Shown: positions 27,201-42,200 of the stretch, in pieces | How the letters are laid out: each line of letters begins with the position of its first letter | Numbering within the stretch: the stretch's first letter is position 1 | Assembly (NCBI GenBank): GCA_012295275.1 | Contig: CM022676.1 | Coordinates: forward strand, 5,518,001-5,582,000 | Direction: 5' to 3' | Source: Chrysomallon squamiferum | Taxonomy: Eukaryota; Animalia; Mollusca | Length of the DNA stretch: 64,000 nucleotides | Notes under the pieces: generated by a model | The model's input: only the letters and a program-made list of their open reading frames with translations | What the model was told of the DNA's origin: nothing | Database searches by the model: none | Made by a program: the position numbers and the translations under genes

Positions 27201-30200
27201 TTTATTTTAAGTTTACTTTTTTTTTTTATTTTTTTTTTTTTCATTCTTGATAGCAATACCACGAACAACAAAATCTGCTACTACAACAGCTTTTACACAA
27301 CGAATATTTACAGGAGGTATGTCAGAATGCTTGTACGTTAAATGTAAAGTAAAAATTTCTTTAACATAATAAATCTCCTTCCATTTGGTAATTTTCCTTG
27401 TTGAAAATATAAAAGAAACTTTAATCCAATTGTTTTTTTATCATTTTCAGCAGTGGAATTATTTAGACAATTTTAAATTTTTAAATTAAATAACTGAAGT
27501 TAATAATTTAAAATTTACTATGTAAAAGTATAATTATGTTGTGTAATTTTATTATTACAGTTCATAGTTTACCTGATATTGTTGTAAAATATTTGAAGTT
27601 GAATTTATTTCAATGAAAATTAACACAAAAGTTGAATTTGAAAATATTTGGTAAAGTTTTTATTAAAAAAACGTTAGCATCATTGACAGTGAATTAACAG
27701 GATCATTTTGTTGGTATCTTGTTTAAGGTTCTTGTTTCATCTCTCGGAGATATTTAGTACTGTTTAATTACTGATTTAGATCTTAACAGATAATTTTGAA
27801 AACGATTATTATTTAAGAAGCACTTTGTTTTGTTGTATAGCAACAATGAAATCAGTATGTTTGAATCCATTGAGAGGCGAGTTGAAAAATAAACCAATGT
27901 AGTTTATTATTTAGGATTGCAGAATAAAAACAAAAAAATAATAACTGGTTACTGTCTTAAGATTTCAGCTTTAATCTGTTCACATTATTTTTTTTCTTTG
28001 ACAGAAACGACAGTGAAAAAATTGACTCTATCCACACCACAACCTGAAAGTCGTAAGAATGATTGTCTTTGTGATAATATTCAATTTATTAAATAAAACG
28101 TGTTCATAATTCTGCCAGTGGAATTAAAAATTCATCATTTTCAAGTGGTGAATGAAAATGAATGATTATGAAATACAGCATATTGATGTATCTTAAAAAA
28201 AATCAGAACAATTTTGTTTGTTGTTTCATATGAAATTAATGTTTTTTAGTGCACTTAAAATGATTTTATGTTTAATTTTGCCACTGAAATAAATAATTTA
28301 CTATAATAGTATATTTCTTAGTAAATTATAGAGTGTTATATAATTTGCAGCTATTGGAATTCTTTCTATTTCAACCACCCCTATCAATGGCAGACCTTTT
28401 GTTCTGACCTACACTGATGAAAAAGGATTTGCAGATGCAGCCATCACTGCATTCAGTCTGAACGGCTGGTCACAAGGATACTGTTTAAAAGGAAAATCAT
28501 GTTCAGGTTTGAATGAAAACATCATCACAAAAGTGTCTGACACTGTTCTCACTCTGGAAATTCCCGAATTTATGGAGAGCAACCACACAGGGTTTTGGGA
28601 AGTAATAAAAGCTGGAAAGTTTTCAAACAGAATAACTCTGCGAGGCCCATATCCAAGTAATTGGTTTTGTGTATTATAATGTTTCCAAAGTAATATTAAT
28701 GTAAATTAATGTCAATGTTTTAATTAATTAGAAATCTGATGATTTTTTAGAACCAATTAAAACAAATTTATTTCGAAACTTCAGTATATTCCATATTTCC
28801 TAAATTCTAACATAATATAGATTATTGTATGTACATTACAGTTTTATCTGAGTGGCTCTTATCATCAATTAATGTATTGAACATAAATATTAACTGTGAA
28901 TTATTATAAAAAAATAATCATTTGTTTTTTCTGCTTTGATTTTAAGCATTACCACCACTATTGACACGTAAGTTTTGTTGTGTTTCTCTGCATAAAGATA
29001 ATTTGTTTTCTATTATTTGAAATAATAGTATAATGTACTGATGTAGAATGTTGTTGTTCCTAATATATTGTATCATTTAGAAAAACAGAGACACCCCCGA
29101 AAAAACTCCAAAATAAAACCATTGAGGTGTTAGTATCTTTGTTTTACCTGTTTCTTTTTTTAAATTACTTTGTCTTTCACCATTTTACAATGTTTACATT
29201 TTTAAAAACATTTAGAATATTGTTATTTTATTTATTATTTTTTCCATTTAAAATATGGTGTCATCACTAAATGATTGGAAACAGAACGGCGAACAACAAC
29301 AACTGGTGAGTGGTTAGTTTATTCAAATATATATATAAAATTTTACCAGTATTGTAAAAACAGAATGGCTATTATTTATAATTCACAGAAGTAACAGTTA
29401 AATGTTGTAAAGCAATATGATATTTTGTTCCCATTACAAATTGTACATGACAAGCAACATTGTTTTTCTCCTTTTTCTTATGCACATACACACAGATATA
29501 TATCCATTATATATGTTACTTTTGCAAAAACGTCAGAATATTAATTTATAATATAGAATTTTTTTTTTTTGTAATTTGTTCAAAAAGGGGATATTAAGTT
29601 AACAATCATTTATTTATAATACCAAACTGCACATTAGAGGTTACTAAAAGTCTCAAATGCTTTTTTTTGGAGGTAGCAGTGCTATGTTAATATTATTTTT
29701 GAAAATCTTTTCTCATTAATGATTTTAATTTATTAATATTATTATTATTATTTTCACATTTCCCAGAAGCACCAATGACAACACCAGAACCACGTAAGTC
29801 TATTTTCTTGTTTGCTAGGGATAGGTGATAGCAAAAATTTAATATTTAAATTTTCAATCACAATCGCACTAAGGTAATATATAATAAACCATTTATTGTT
29901 ATTGATACTATAAATTTAAAGCAAACAAGAAGATAAAAGACCAACAGCCTGTTGAATAATGAAAACAGAAAAAGAATGTGTGTATGAGTTCATTAATACT
30001 CATATATCCTTTTAGTATTCATTGTTGTTGTTGCTGCTGAAGTTGTGTTTCTTGCATTTGTTGGAATTATTAGGGTATGAAAACCAGTTACTGGGCAACC
30101 TTTTATTTATTAGAAATAACTTGATATGATTTAAGAAAAAAAATTTCCTTTAAATTCATTTAATTATTGTACATTTGCTTCTTTCATTTTGAATGCTGAA

Positions 30201-33200
30201 AATTTACTTTAATAATTTGTTTATCTGAACAGCGTTTTGTAATTTCATTTCTTTACATCCTTACACTTATTTTTTGTTGTGATGTTTGTTCATAAATTTG
30301 TTTACAGTTGCCGGAGTTCTTAGTGTACCAAAACCAGTTATTGGTCAACGTTTTGTTCTAACCTACACAAAAGCAGATGGAAACACCTCATCATCTGATA
30401 TAATATTTAGTCTGAATTCCAAACCACAAGGATCGTGTGCTCGCAGGTATTTTTGTAAATCTTCAAAGGGATACATCATGAGAAGACAGTCCGACAGAGT
30501 TGTCACTCTGGAGATTCCAGTGTTTGATAGGGATTTACACAGTGGAAAGTGGCTGGTTACAGATGACAATCAATATTCTAACAGTATTAAGCTGATATAT
30601 CCATACACAAGTAAGTGACTTGTAAACAAAATAAAGTTTTGAAGAATAATGTTTCTGAATGCTTCAAACTTTGTACTTTTTTTTTTTTTTTTATTCTTCT
30701 TTTTGTTGTATGAAATATTTAATATTAATATACACTGGATATTCTTAATATTTCAAAATAATAATAATAATTTTAATCTGTATTGGTGAATTTCACTTGT
30801 TTTGTGTTTTTAACAGACATAGCTAAACCTCCACCACTACCAACACAATCAAGTAAGTCCTCAGATTTATTTATTAGGTTAAAATAGAAAAAGCTATCTT
30901 AATATTTCCAAAACAATTCACGGATTTTATTGTTTGGATGTGGCACTTATTTAATTAGTGATGTTTACTGTGTTCTTTTATTAATTGTTTTATAATACAG
31001 AAACGTGCAACAGTTCTGTTTACACATTATTTAATAGCAAGAATTAATATGTAAACATTATTTTGTTTTATTTATTTATTGAAAATTATATCAAACTGTT
31101 AGAAAAGTTTAAAAAAATTGAGTACATTGTAAAATTCTTTGTTTTCTCTTTTTATAGATTCCTTTCAGTTGTTCATCAGTATCAAAATCAGTTTATGAAA
31201 AAAAATGAAGACAATTGTACATTTGTTAATATATGTTTAATAACTGAAAAGATTATTTTTTGAATTTAATTTCACCAGGCAGTACTCAGGCACCTCCAAC
31301 TTCTGAAGCAACCAGACCTGAACAAAAACAAACAACTGAAGCACCCAAATCACAACCAACGCAAATAACTAAAGAACGAAGATCTCCTCCAACCCAGCCA
31401 CAAAGGATAACAACACGTAAGTTTTATAACCAATTACATTTTTTACCTAAAATTTTAAGGCTGATTGCTGAATGAGCTAGAACATTTTGTAATTCTTTTA
31501 TTTAAGTTGTTAACTGGAAATATAACCAGAATAATCGGTATATCACAAAGGGTATACAGCTTGGTGTATAGAAATATGTACTGAAACTTATTTGAATGAA
31601 ATAATGTGTTGAAATTCAGCTCTTCTACAGGTATTAAATGTATTCTGTTACAGTTTGTTATCAGCCAAGATTGGTGTTCATGAGTGACAAAATAAAACAA
31701 TGCACAGGAAATGTATTACATTTTTATTCTATTTTTGTTTTTAATAAACATTTTAATATTATATACTGTATCATAATTTTGAAGAATATATGAAAAAGCT
31801 AATATTTATGTTGATAAGTTTTATTTCTATTTTATGTTTACTTTTTTATTTTTTTTTTTTCATTCTTGATAGCAATACCACGAACAACAAAATCTGCTAC
31901 TACAACAGCTTTTACACAACGAATATTTACAGGAGGTATGTCAGAATGCTTGTACGTTAAATGTAAAGTAAAAATTTCTTTAACATAATAAATCTCCTTC
32001 CATTTCAGGTAATTTTCCTCTTTGTTGAAAATATAAAGAAACTTTAATCCAATTATTTGGATAATTTTTTTTTTTTTAAATTTGTAAGGTTGTGTTTTAT
32101 CATTTTCAGGAGTGAAATTGTTTAGACAATTTTAAATTTTTAAATCAAATAACTGAAGTTAATAATTTAAAATTTACTATGTAAAAGTATAATTATGTTG
32201 TGTAATTTTATTATTACAGTTCATAGTTTAACTGCTATTGTTGTAAAATATTTGAAGTTGAATTTATTTCAATGAAAATTAACACAAAAGTTGAATTTGA
32301 AAATATTTGGTAAAGTTGTTATTATAAAAACGTTAGCATCATTGACAGTGAATTAACAGGATCATTATGTTGGTGTCCTGTTTAAGGTTCTTGATTCATC
32401 TCTCACAGTTATTTAGTACTGTTTAATTACTGATTTAGATCTTAAGAGATAATTTTGAAAACGATTATTATTTAAGAAGCACTTTGTTTTGTTGTATAGC
32501 AACAATGCAATGAGTATGTTTGAATCCATTGAGAGGTGAGTTGAAAAATAAACCAATTAATTGTATTTAGTTTATTATTTAGGATTGCAGAATAATAAAA
32601 AAAAATAATAATAACTGGTTACTGTCTTAAGGTTTCAGCTTTAATCTGTTCACATTATTTGGTTTCTTTGACAGGAACGACAGTGAAAAATTTACTCTAT
32701 CCACACCACAACCTGAAAGTCGTAAGAATAATTGTCTTTGTGATAATATTCCATTTATTAAAAAAAGCGTGTTCATAATTCTGCCAGTGGAATTAAACAT
32801 TCATCATTTTGAAGTGGTGAATGAAAAGTGAATGATTATGAAATACAGCATATTGATGTATCTTTAAAAATCAGAACAATTTTGTTTGTTGTTTCATATG
32901 AAATTAATGTTTTTTAGTGCACTTAAAATGATTTTATGTTTAATTTTGCCACTGAAATAAATAATTTACTATAATAGTATATTTCTTAGTAAATTATAGA
33001 GTGTTATATAATTTGCAGCTATTGGAATTCTTTCTATTTCAACCACCCCTATCAATGGCAGACCTTTTATTCTGACCTACACTGATGAAAAAGGATTTGC
33101 AGATGCAGACATCACTGCATTCAGTCTGAGCGGCTGGTCACAAGGATACTGTTTAAAAGGAAAATCATGTTCAGGTTATAAAGAAAACATCATCACAAAA

Positions 33201-36200
33201 GTGTCTGACACTGTTCTCACTCTGGAAATTCCCGAATTTATGGAGAGCAACCACACAGGGTTTTGGGAAGTAATAAAAGCTGGAAAGTTTTCAAACAGAA
33301 TAACTCTGCGAGGCCCATATCCAAGTAATTGGTTTTGTGTATTATAATGTTTCCAAAGTAATATTAATGTAAATTAATGTCAATGTTTTAATTAATTAGA
33401 AATCTGATGATTTTTTAAAACCAGTTAATTGAAATTTATTTCGAAACTTCAGTATATTCCATATTTCCTAAATTCTAACATAATATAGATTATTGTATGT
33501 ACATTACAGTTTTATCTGAGTGGCTCTTATCATCAATTAATGTATTGAACATAAAAATTAACTGTGTATTATTATGAAAAAATAATCATTTCTTTTTTCT
33601 TCTTTGATTTGAAGCATTACCACCACTATTGACAAGTAAGTTTTGTTGTGTTTATCTGCATAAAGATAATTTGTTTTCTATTATTTGAAATAATAGTATA
33701 ATGTACTGATGTAGAATGTTGTTGTTCCTAATATATTGTATTATTTAGAAGAACAGAGACACCCCCGAAAAACCCCCAAAATAAAAACATTGAGGTGTTA
33801 GTATCTTTGTTTTACCTGTTTCTTTTTTTAAATTAATTTGTCTTTCACCATTTTACAATGTTTACATTTTTAAAAACATTTTGAATATTGTTATTTTATT
33901 TATTATTCTTTCCATTTAAAATATGGTGTCATCACTAAATGATTGGAAACAGAACGGCGAACAACAACAACTGGTGAGTAGTTAGTTTATTCCAATATAT
34001 ATATAAAATTTTACCAGTATTGTAAAAACAGAATGGCTATTATTTATAATTCACAGAAGTAACAGTTAAATGTTGTAAAGCAATATGATATTTTGTTCCC
34101 ATTACAAATTGTACATGACAAGCAACATTGTTTTTCTCCTTTTTCTTATGCACATACACACACATATATATCCATTATATATGTTACTTTTGTAAAAACG
34201 TCAGAATATTAATTTATAATATAGAATTTTTTATTTTTTTTGGTAATTTGTTCAAAAAGGGGATGTTAAGCTAACTATCATTTATTTATAATACGAAAAT
34301 GCACATTAAAGGTTACTAAAAGTCTCAAATGCTTTTTTTTGGAGGTAGCAGTGCTATGTTAATATTATTTTTGAAAATCTTTTCTCATTAATGATTTTAA
34401 TTTATTAATATTATTATTATTATTTTCACATTTCCCAGAAGCACCAATGACAACACCAGAACCACGTAAGTCTATTTTCTTGTTTGCTAGGGATAGGTGA
34501 TAGCAAAAATTTAATATTTAAATTTTCAATCACAATCGCACTAAGGTAATATATAATAAACCATTTATTGTTATTGATACTATAAATTTAAAACAAACAA
34601 GAAGATAAAAGACCAACAGCCTGTTGAATAATGAAAACAGAAAAAGAATGTGTGTATGAGTTCATTAATACTCATATATCCTTTTAGTATTCATTGTTGT
34701 TGTTGCTGCTGAAGTTGTGTTTCTTGCATTTGTTGGAATTATTAGGGTATGAAAACCAGTTACTGGCCAACCTTTTATTTATTAGAAATAACTTGATATG
34801 ATTTAAGAAAAAAAATTTCTTTTAAATTCATTTAATTATTGTACATTTGCTTCTTTCATTTTGAATGCTGAAAATTTACTTTAATAATTTGTTTATCTGA
34901 ACAGCGTTTTGTAATTTCATTTCTTTACATCCTTACACTTATTTTTTGTTGTGATGTTTGTTCATAAATTTGTTTACAGTTGCCGGAGTTCTTAGTGTAC
35001 CAAAACCAGTTATTGGTCAACGTTTTGTTCTCACCTACACAAAAGCAGATGGAAACACCTCATCATCTGATATAATATTTAGTCTGAATTCCAAACCACA
35101 AGGATCGTGTGCTCGCAGGTATTTTTGTAAATCTTCAAAGGGATACGTCATGAGAAGACAGTCCGACAGAGTTGTCACTCTGGAGATTCCAGTGTTTGAT
35201 AGGGATGTACACAGTGGAAAGTGGCTGGTTACAGATGACAATCAATATTCTAACAGTATTAAGCTGATATATCCATACACAAGTAAGTGACTTGTAAACA
35301 AAATAAAGTTTTGAAGAATAATGTTTCTGAATGCTTCAAACTTTGTACTTTTTTTTTTTTTTTTCTTCTTTTTTTTATGAAATATTTAATATTAATATAC
35401 ACTGGATATTCTTAATATTTCAAAATAATAATAATAATTTTAATCTGTATTGGTGAATTTCACTTGTTTTGTGTTTTTAACAGACATAGCTAAACCTCCA
35501 CCACTACCAACACAATCAAGTAAGTCCTCAGATTTATTTATTAGGTTAAAATAGAAAAAGCTATCTTAATATTTCCAAAACAATTCACGGATTTTATTGT
35601 TTGGATGTGGCACTTATTTAATTAGTGATGTTTACTGTGTTCTTTTATTAATTGTTTTATAATACAGAAACGTGCAACAGTTCTGTTTACACATTATTTA
35701 ATAGCAAGAATTAATATGTAAACATTATTTTGTTTTATTTATTTATTTAAAAAATTATATCAAACTGTTAGAAAAGTTAAAAAAAATTGAGTACATTGTA
35801 AAATTCTTTGTTTTCTCTTTTTATAGATTCCTTTCAGTTGTTCATCAGTATCAAAATCAGTTTATGAAAAAAAATGAAGACAATTGTACATTTGTTAATA
35901 TATGTTTAATAACTGAAAAGATTATTTTTTGAATTTAATTTCACCAGGCAGTACTCAGGCACCTCCAACTTCTGAAGCAACCAGACCTGAACAAAACAAA
36001 CAACTGAAGCACCCAAATCACAACCAACGCAAATAACTAAAGAACGAAGATCTCCTCCAACCCAGCCACAAAGGATAACAACACGTAAGTTTTATAACCA
36101 ATTACATTTTTTACCTAAAATTTTAAGGCTGATTGCTGAATGAGCTAGAACATTTTGTAATTCTTTTATTTAAGTTGTTAACTGGAAATATAACCAGAAT

Positions 36201-39200
36201 AATCGGTATATCACAAAGGGTATACAGCTTGGTGTATAGAAATATGTACTGAAACTTATTTGAATGAAATAATGTGTTGAAATTCAGCTCTTCTACAGGT
36301 ATTAAATGTATTCTGTTACAGTTTGTTATCAGCCAAGATTGGTGTTCATGAGTGACAAAATAAAACAATGCACAGGAAATGTATTACATTTTTATTCTAT
36401 TTTTGTTTTTAATAAACATTTTAATATTATATACTGTATCATAATTTTGAAGAATATATGAAAAAGCTAATATTTATGTTGATAAGTTTTATTTCTATTT
36501 TATGTTTACTTTTTTATTTTATTTGTTTTTCATTCTTGATAGCAATACCACGAACAACAAAATCTGCTACTACAACAGCTTTTACACAACGAATATTTAC
36601 AGGAGGTATGTCAGAATGCTTGTACGTTAAATGTAAAGTAAAAATTTCTTTAACATAATAAATCTCCTTCCATTTCAGGTAATTTTCCTCTTTGTTGAAA
36701 ATATAAAGAAACTTTAATCCAATTATTTGGATAATTTTTTTTTTTTTAAATTTGTAAGGTTGTGTTTTATCATTTTCAGGAGTGAAATTGTTTAGACAAT
36801 TTTAAATTTTTAAATCAAATAACTGAAGTTAATAATTTAAAATTTACTATGTAAAAGTATAATTATGTTGTGTAATTTTATTATTACAGTTCATAGTTTA
36901 ACTGCTATTGTTGTAAAATATTTGAAGTTGAATTTATTTCAATGAAAATTAACACAAAAGTTGAATTTGAAAATATTTGGTAAAGTTGTTATTATAAAAA
37001 CGTTAGCATCATTGACAGTGAATTAACAGGATCATTATGTTGGTGTCCTGTTTAAGGTTCTTGATTCATCTCTCACAGTTATTTAGTACTGTTTAATTAC
37101 TGATTTAGATCTTAAGAGATAATTTTGAAAACGATTATTATTTAAGAAGCACTTTGTTTTGTTGTATAGCAACAATGCAATGAGTATGTTTGAATCCATT
37201 GAGAGGTGAGTTGAAAAATAAACCAATTAATTGTATTTAGTTTATTATTTAGGATTGCAGAATAATAAAAAAAAATAATAATAACTGGTTACTGTCTTAA
37301 GGTTTCAGCTTTAATCTGTTCACATTATTTGGTTTCTTTGACAGGAACGACAGTGAAAAAATTAACTCTATCCACACCACAACCTGAAAGTCGTAAGAAT
37401 AATTGTCTTTGTGATAATATTCCATTTATTAAAAAAAGCGTGTTCATAATTCTGCCAGTGGAATTAAACATTCATCATTTTGAAGTGGTGAATGAAAAGT
37501 GAATGATTATGAAATACAGCATATTGATGTATCTTTAAAAATCAGAACAATTTTGTTTGTTGTTTCATATGAAATTAATGTTTTTTAGTGCACTTAAAAT
37601 GATTTTATGTTTAATTTTGCCACTGAAATAAATAATTTACTATAATAGTATATTTCTTAGTAAATTATAGAGTGTTATATAATTTGCAGCTATTGGAATT
37701 CTTTCTATTTCAACCACCCCTATCAATGGCAGACCTTTTGTTCTGACCTACACTGATGAAAAAGGATTTGCAGATGCAGACATCACTGCATTCAGTCTGA
37801 ACGGCTGGTCACAAGGATACTGTTTAAAAGGAAAATCATGTTCAGGTTATAAAGAAAACATCATCACAAAAGTGTCTGACACTGTTCTCACTCTGGAAAT
37901 TCCCGAATTTATGGAGAGCAACCACACAGGGTTTTGGGAAGTAATAAAAGCTGGAAAGTTTTCAAACAGAATAACTCTGCGAGGCCCATATCCAAGTAAT
38001 TTGTTTTGTGTGTTATAATGTTTCCAAAGTAATATTAATGTAAATTAATGTCAATGTTTTAATTAATTAGAAATCTGATGATTTTTTAAAACCAGTTAAA
38101 ACAAATTTATTTCGAAACTTCAGTATATTCCATATTTCCTAAATTCTAACATAATATAGATTATTGTATGTACATTACAGTTTTATCTGAGTGGATCTTA
38201 TCATCAATTAATGTATTGAACATAAAAATTAACTGTGTATTATTATGAAAAAATAATCATTTCTTTTTTCTTCTTTGATTTGAAGCATTACCACCACTAT
38301 TGACAAGTAAGTTTTGTTGTGTTTATCTGCATAAAGATAATTTGTTTTCTATTATTTGAAATAATAGTATAATGTACTGATGTAGAATGTTGTTGTTCCT
38401 AATATACTGTATTATTTAGAAGAACAGAGACACCCCCGAAAAACCCCCAAAATAAAAACATTGAGGTGTTAGTATCTTTGTTTTACCTGTTTCTTTTTTT
38501 AAATTAATTTGTCTTTCCCCATTTTACAATGTTTACATTTTTAAAAACATTTAGAATATTGTTATTTTATTTATTATTCTTTCCATTTAAAATATGGTGT
38601 CATCACTAAATGATTGGAAACAGAACGGCGAACAACAACAAGTGGTGAGTAGTTAGTTTATTCAAATATATATATAAAATTTTACCAGTATTGTAAAAAC
38701 AGAATGGCTATTATTTATAATTCACAGAAGTAACAGTTAAATGTTGTAAAGCAATATGATATTTTGTTCCCATTACAAATTGTACATGACAAGCAACATT
38801 GTTTTTCTCCTTTTTCTTATGCACATACACACACATATATATCCATTATATATGTTACTTTTGTAAAAACGTCAGAATATTAATTTATAATATAGAATTT
38901 TTTATTTTTTTTGGTAATTTGTTCAAAAAGGGGATGTTAAGCTAACTATCATTTATTTATAATACGAAAATGCACATTAAAGGTTACTAAAAGTCTCAAA
39001 TGCTTTTTTTTGGAGGTAGCAGTGCTATGTTAATATTATTTTTGAAAATCTTTTCTCATTAATGATTTTAATTTATTAATATTATTATTATTATTTTCAC
39101 ATTTCCCAGAAGCACCAATGACAACACCAGAACCACGTAAGTCTATTTTCTTGTTTGCTAGGGATAGGTGATAGCAAAAATTTAATATTTAAATTTTCAA

Positions 39201-42200
39201 TCACAATCGCACTAAGGTAATATATAATAAACCATTTATTGTTATTGATACTATAAATTTAAAACAAACAAGAAGATAAAAGACCAACAGCCTGTAGAAT
39301 AATGAAAAAAGAAAAAGAATGTGTGTATGAGTTCATTAATACTCATATATCCTTTTACGTATTCATTGTTGTTGTTGCTGCTGAAGTTGTGTTTCTTGCA
39401 TTTGTTGGAATTATTAGGGTATGAAAACCAGTTACTGGCCAACCTTTTATTTATTAGAAATAACTTGATATGATTTAAGAAAAAAAAAAACGTTTTAAAT
39501 TCATTTAATTATTGTACATTTGCTTCTTTCATTTTGAATGCTGAAAATTTACTTTAATAATTTGTTTATCTGAACAGGTTTTTGTAATTTCATTTCTTTA
39601 CATCCTTACACTTATTTTTTGTTGTGATGTTTGTTCATAAATTTGTTTACAGTTGCTGGAGTTCTTAGTGTACCAAAACCAGTTATTGGTCAACGTTTTG
39701 TTCTCACCTACACAAAAGCAGATGGAAACACCTCATCATCTGATATAATATTTAGTCTGAATTCCAAACCACAAGGATCATGTGCTCGCAGGTATTTTTG
39801 TAAATCTTCAAAGGGATACATCATGAGAAGACAGTCTGACAGAGTTGTCACTCTGGAGATTCCAGTGTTTGATAGGGATGTACACAGTGGAAAGTGGTTG
39901 GTTACAGATGACAATCAATATTCTAACAGTATTAAGCTGATATATCCATACACAAGTAAGTGACTTGTAAACAAAATAAAGTTTTGAAGAATAATGTTTC
40001 TGAATGCTTCAAACTTTGTACTATTTATTTTATTTTATTATTATTTTTTTTTTGTATGAAATATTTAATATGAATATACACTGGATATTCTTAATATTTC
40101 AGAATAATAAAATTATTTTAATCTGTGTTGGTGAATTTCGCTTGTTTTGTGTTTTTAACAGACATAGCCAAACCTCCACCACTACCAACAAAATCAAGTA
40201 GGTCCTCAGATTTATTTATTAGGTTAAAATAGAAAAAGCTATCCTAATATTTCCAAAACAATTAATGGATTTTATTGTTTGGATCTTGTATTTATTTAAT
40301 TAGTGATGTTTACTGTGTTCTTTTATTAATTGTTTTATAATACAGAAACGTGCAACAGTTCTGTTTAGACATTATTTAATAGCAAGAATTAATATGTAAA
40401 CATTATTTTGTTTTATTTATTTATTGAAAATTATATCAAACTGTTAGAAAAGTTAAAAAAATTTGAGTACATTGTAAAATTCTTTGTTTTCTCTTTTTAT
40501 AGATTCCTTTCAGTTGTTCATCAGTATCAAAATCAGTTTATGAAAAAAAATGAAGACAATTGTACATTTGTTAATATATGTATAATAACTGAAAAGATTA
40601 TTTTTTGAATTTAATTTCACCAGGCAGTACTCAGGCACCTCCAACTTCTGAAGCAACCAGACCTGAACAAAAACAAACAACTAAGGCACCCAAATCACAA
40701 CCAACGCAAATAACTAAAGAACAAAGATCTCCTCCAACCCAGCCACAAAGGATAACAACACGTAAGTTTTATAACCAATTACATTTTTTACCTAAAATTT
40801 TAAGGCTGATTGCTGAATGAGCTAGAACATTTTGTAATTCTTTTATTTAAGTTGTTAACTGGAAATATAACCAGAATAATCGTTATATCACAAAGGGTAT
40901 ACAGCTTGGTGTATAGAAATATGTATTGAAACTTATTTGTATGAAATAATGTGTTGAAATTCAGCTCTTATACAGGTATTAAATGTATTCTGTTACAGTT
41001 TGTTATCAGCCAAGATTGGTGTTCATGAGTGACAAAATAAAACAATGCACTGGAAATGTATTACATTTTTATTCTATTTTTGTTTTTAATGAACATTTTA
41101 ATATTATATACTGTATCATAATTTTGAAGAATATATAAAAAAGCTAATATTTATGTTCATAAGTTTTATTTTTATTTTAAGTTTAGTTTTTAATTTTATT
41201 TGTTTTTCATTCTTGATAGTAATACCACAAACAACAAAATCTACTACTGCAACAGCTTTTACACAACGAATATCTACAGGAGGTACGTTGAATGGAAAAT
41301 AAAAATTTCTTTAACATAATAAATCTCCTTCCATTTGAGGTAATTTTCCTCTTTGTTGAAAATATAAAGAAACTTTAATCCAATTATTTGGATAATTTTA
41401 TTTTTTTTAAATTTGTAAGGTTGTGTTTTATCATTTTCAGGAGTGAAATTATTTAGACAATTTAAAATTTTTAAATTAAATAACTGAAGTTAATAATTTA
41501 AAATTTACTATGTAAAAGTATAATTATGTTGTGTAATTTTATTTTTACAGTTGATAGTTTACCTGATATTGTTGTAAAATATTTGAAGTTGAATTTATTT
41601 CAATGAAAATTAACACAAAATTTGAATTTGAAAATATTTGGTAAAGTTGTTATTAAAAAAACGTTAGCATCATTGACAGTGAATTAACAGGATCATTTTG
41701 TTGGTATCTTGTTTAAGGTTCTTGTTTCATCTCTCGGAGTTATTTAGTACTGTTTAATTACTGATTTAGATCTTAACAGATAATTTTGAAAACGATTATT
41801 ATTTAAGAAGCTCTTTGTTTTGTTGTATAGCAACAATGAAATCAGTATGTTTGAATCCATTGAGGGGTGAGTTGAAAAATAAACCAATTAATTGTATTTA
41901 GTTTAATATTTAGGATTGCAGAATAAAAAAAAAAAATAATAATAACTGGTTACTGTCTTAGGATTTCAGCTTTAATCTGTTCACATTATTTTTTTTCTTT
42001 GACAGAAACGACAGTGAAAAAATTGACTCTATCCACACCACAACCTGAAAGTCGTAAGAATAATTGTCTTTGTGATAATATTCAATTTATTAAATAAAAC
42101 GTGTTCATAATTCTGCCAGTGGAATTAAAAATTCATCATTTTCAAGTGGTGAATGAAAAGTGAATGATTATGAAATACAGCATATTGATGTATCTTTAAA

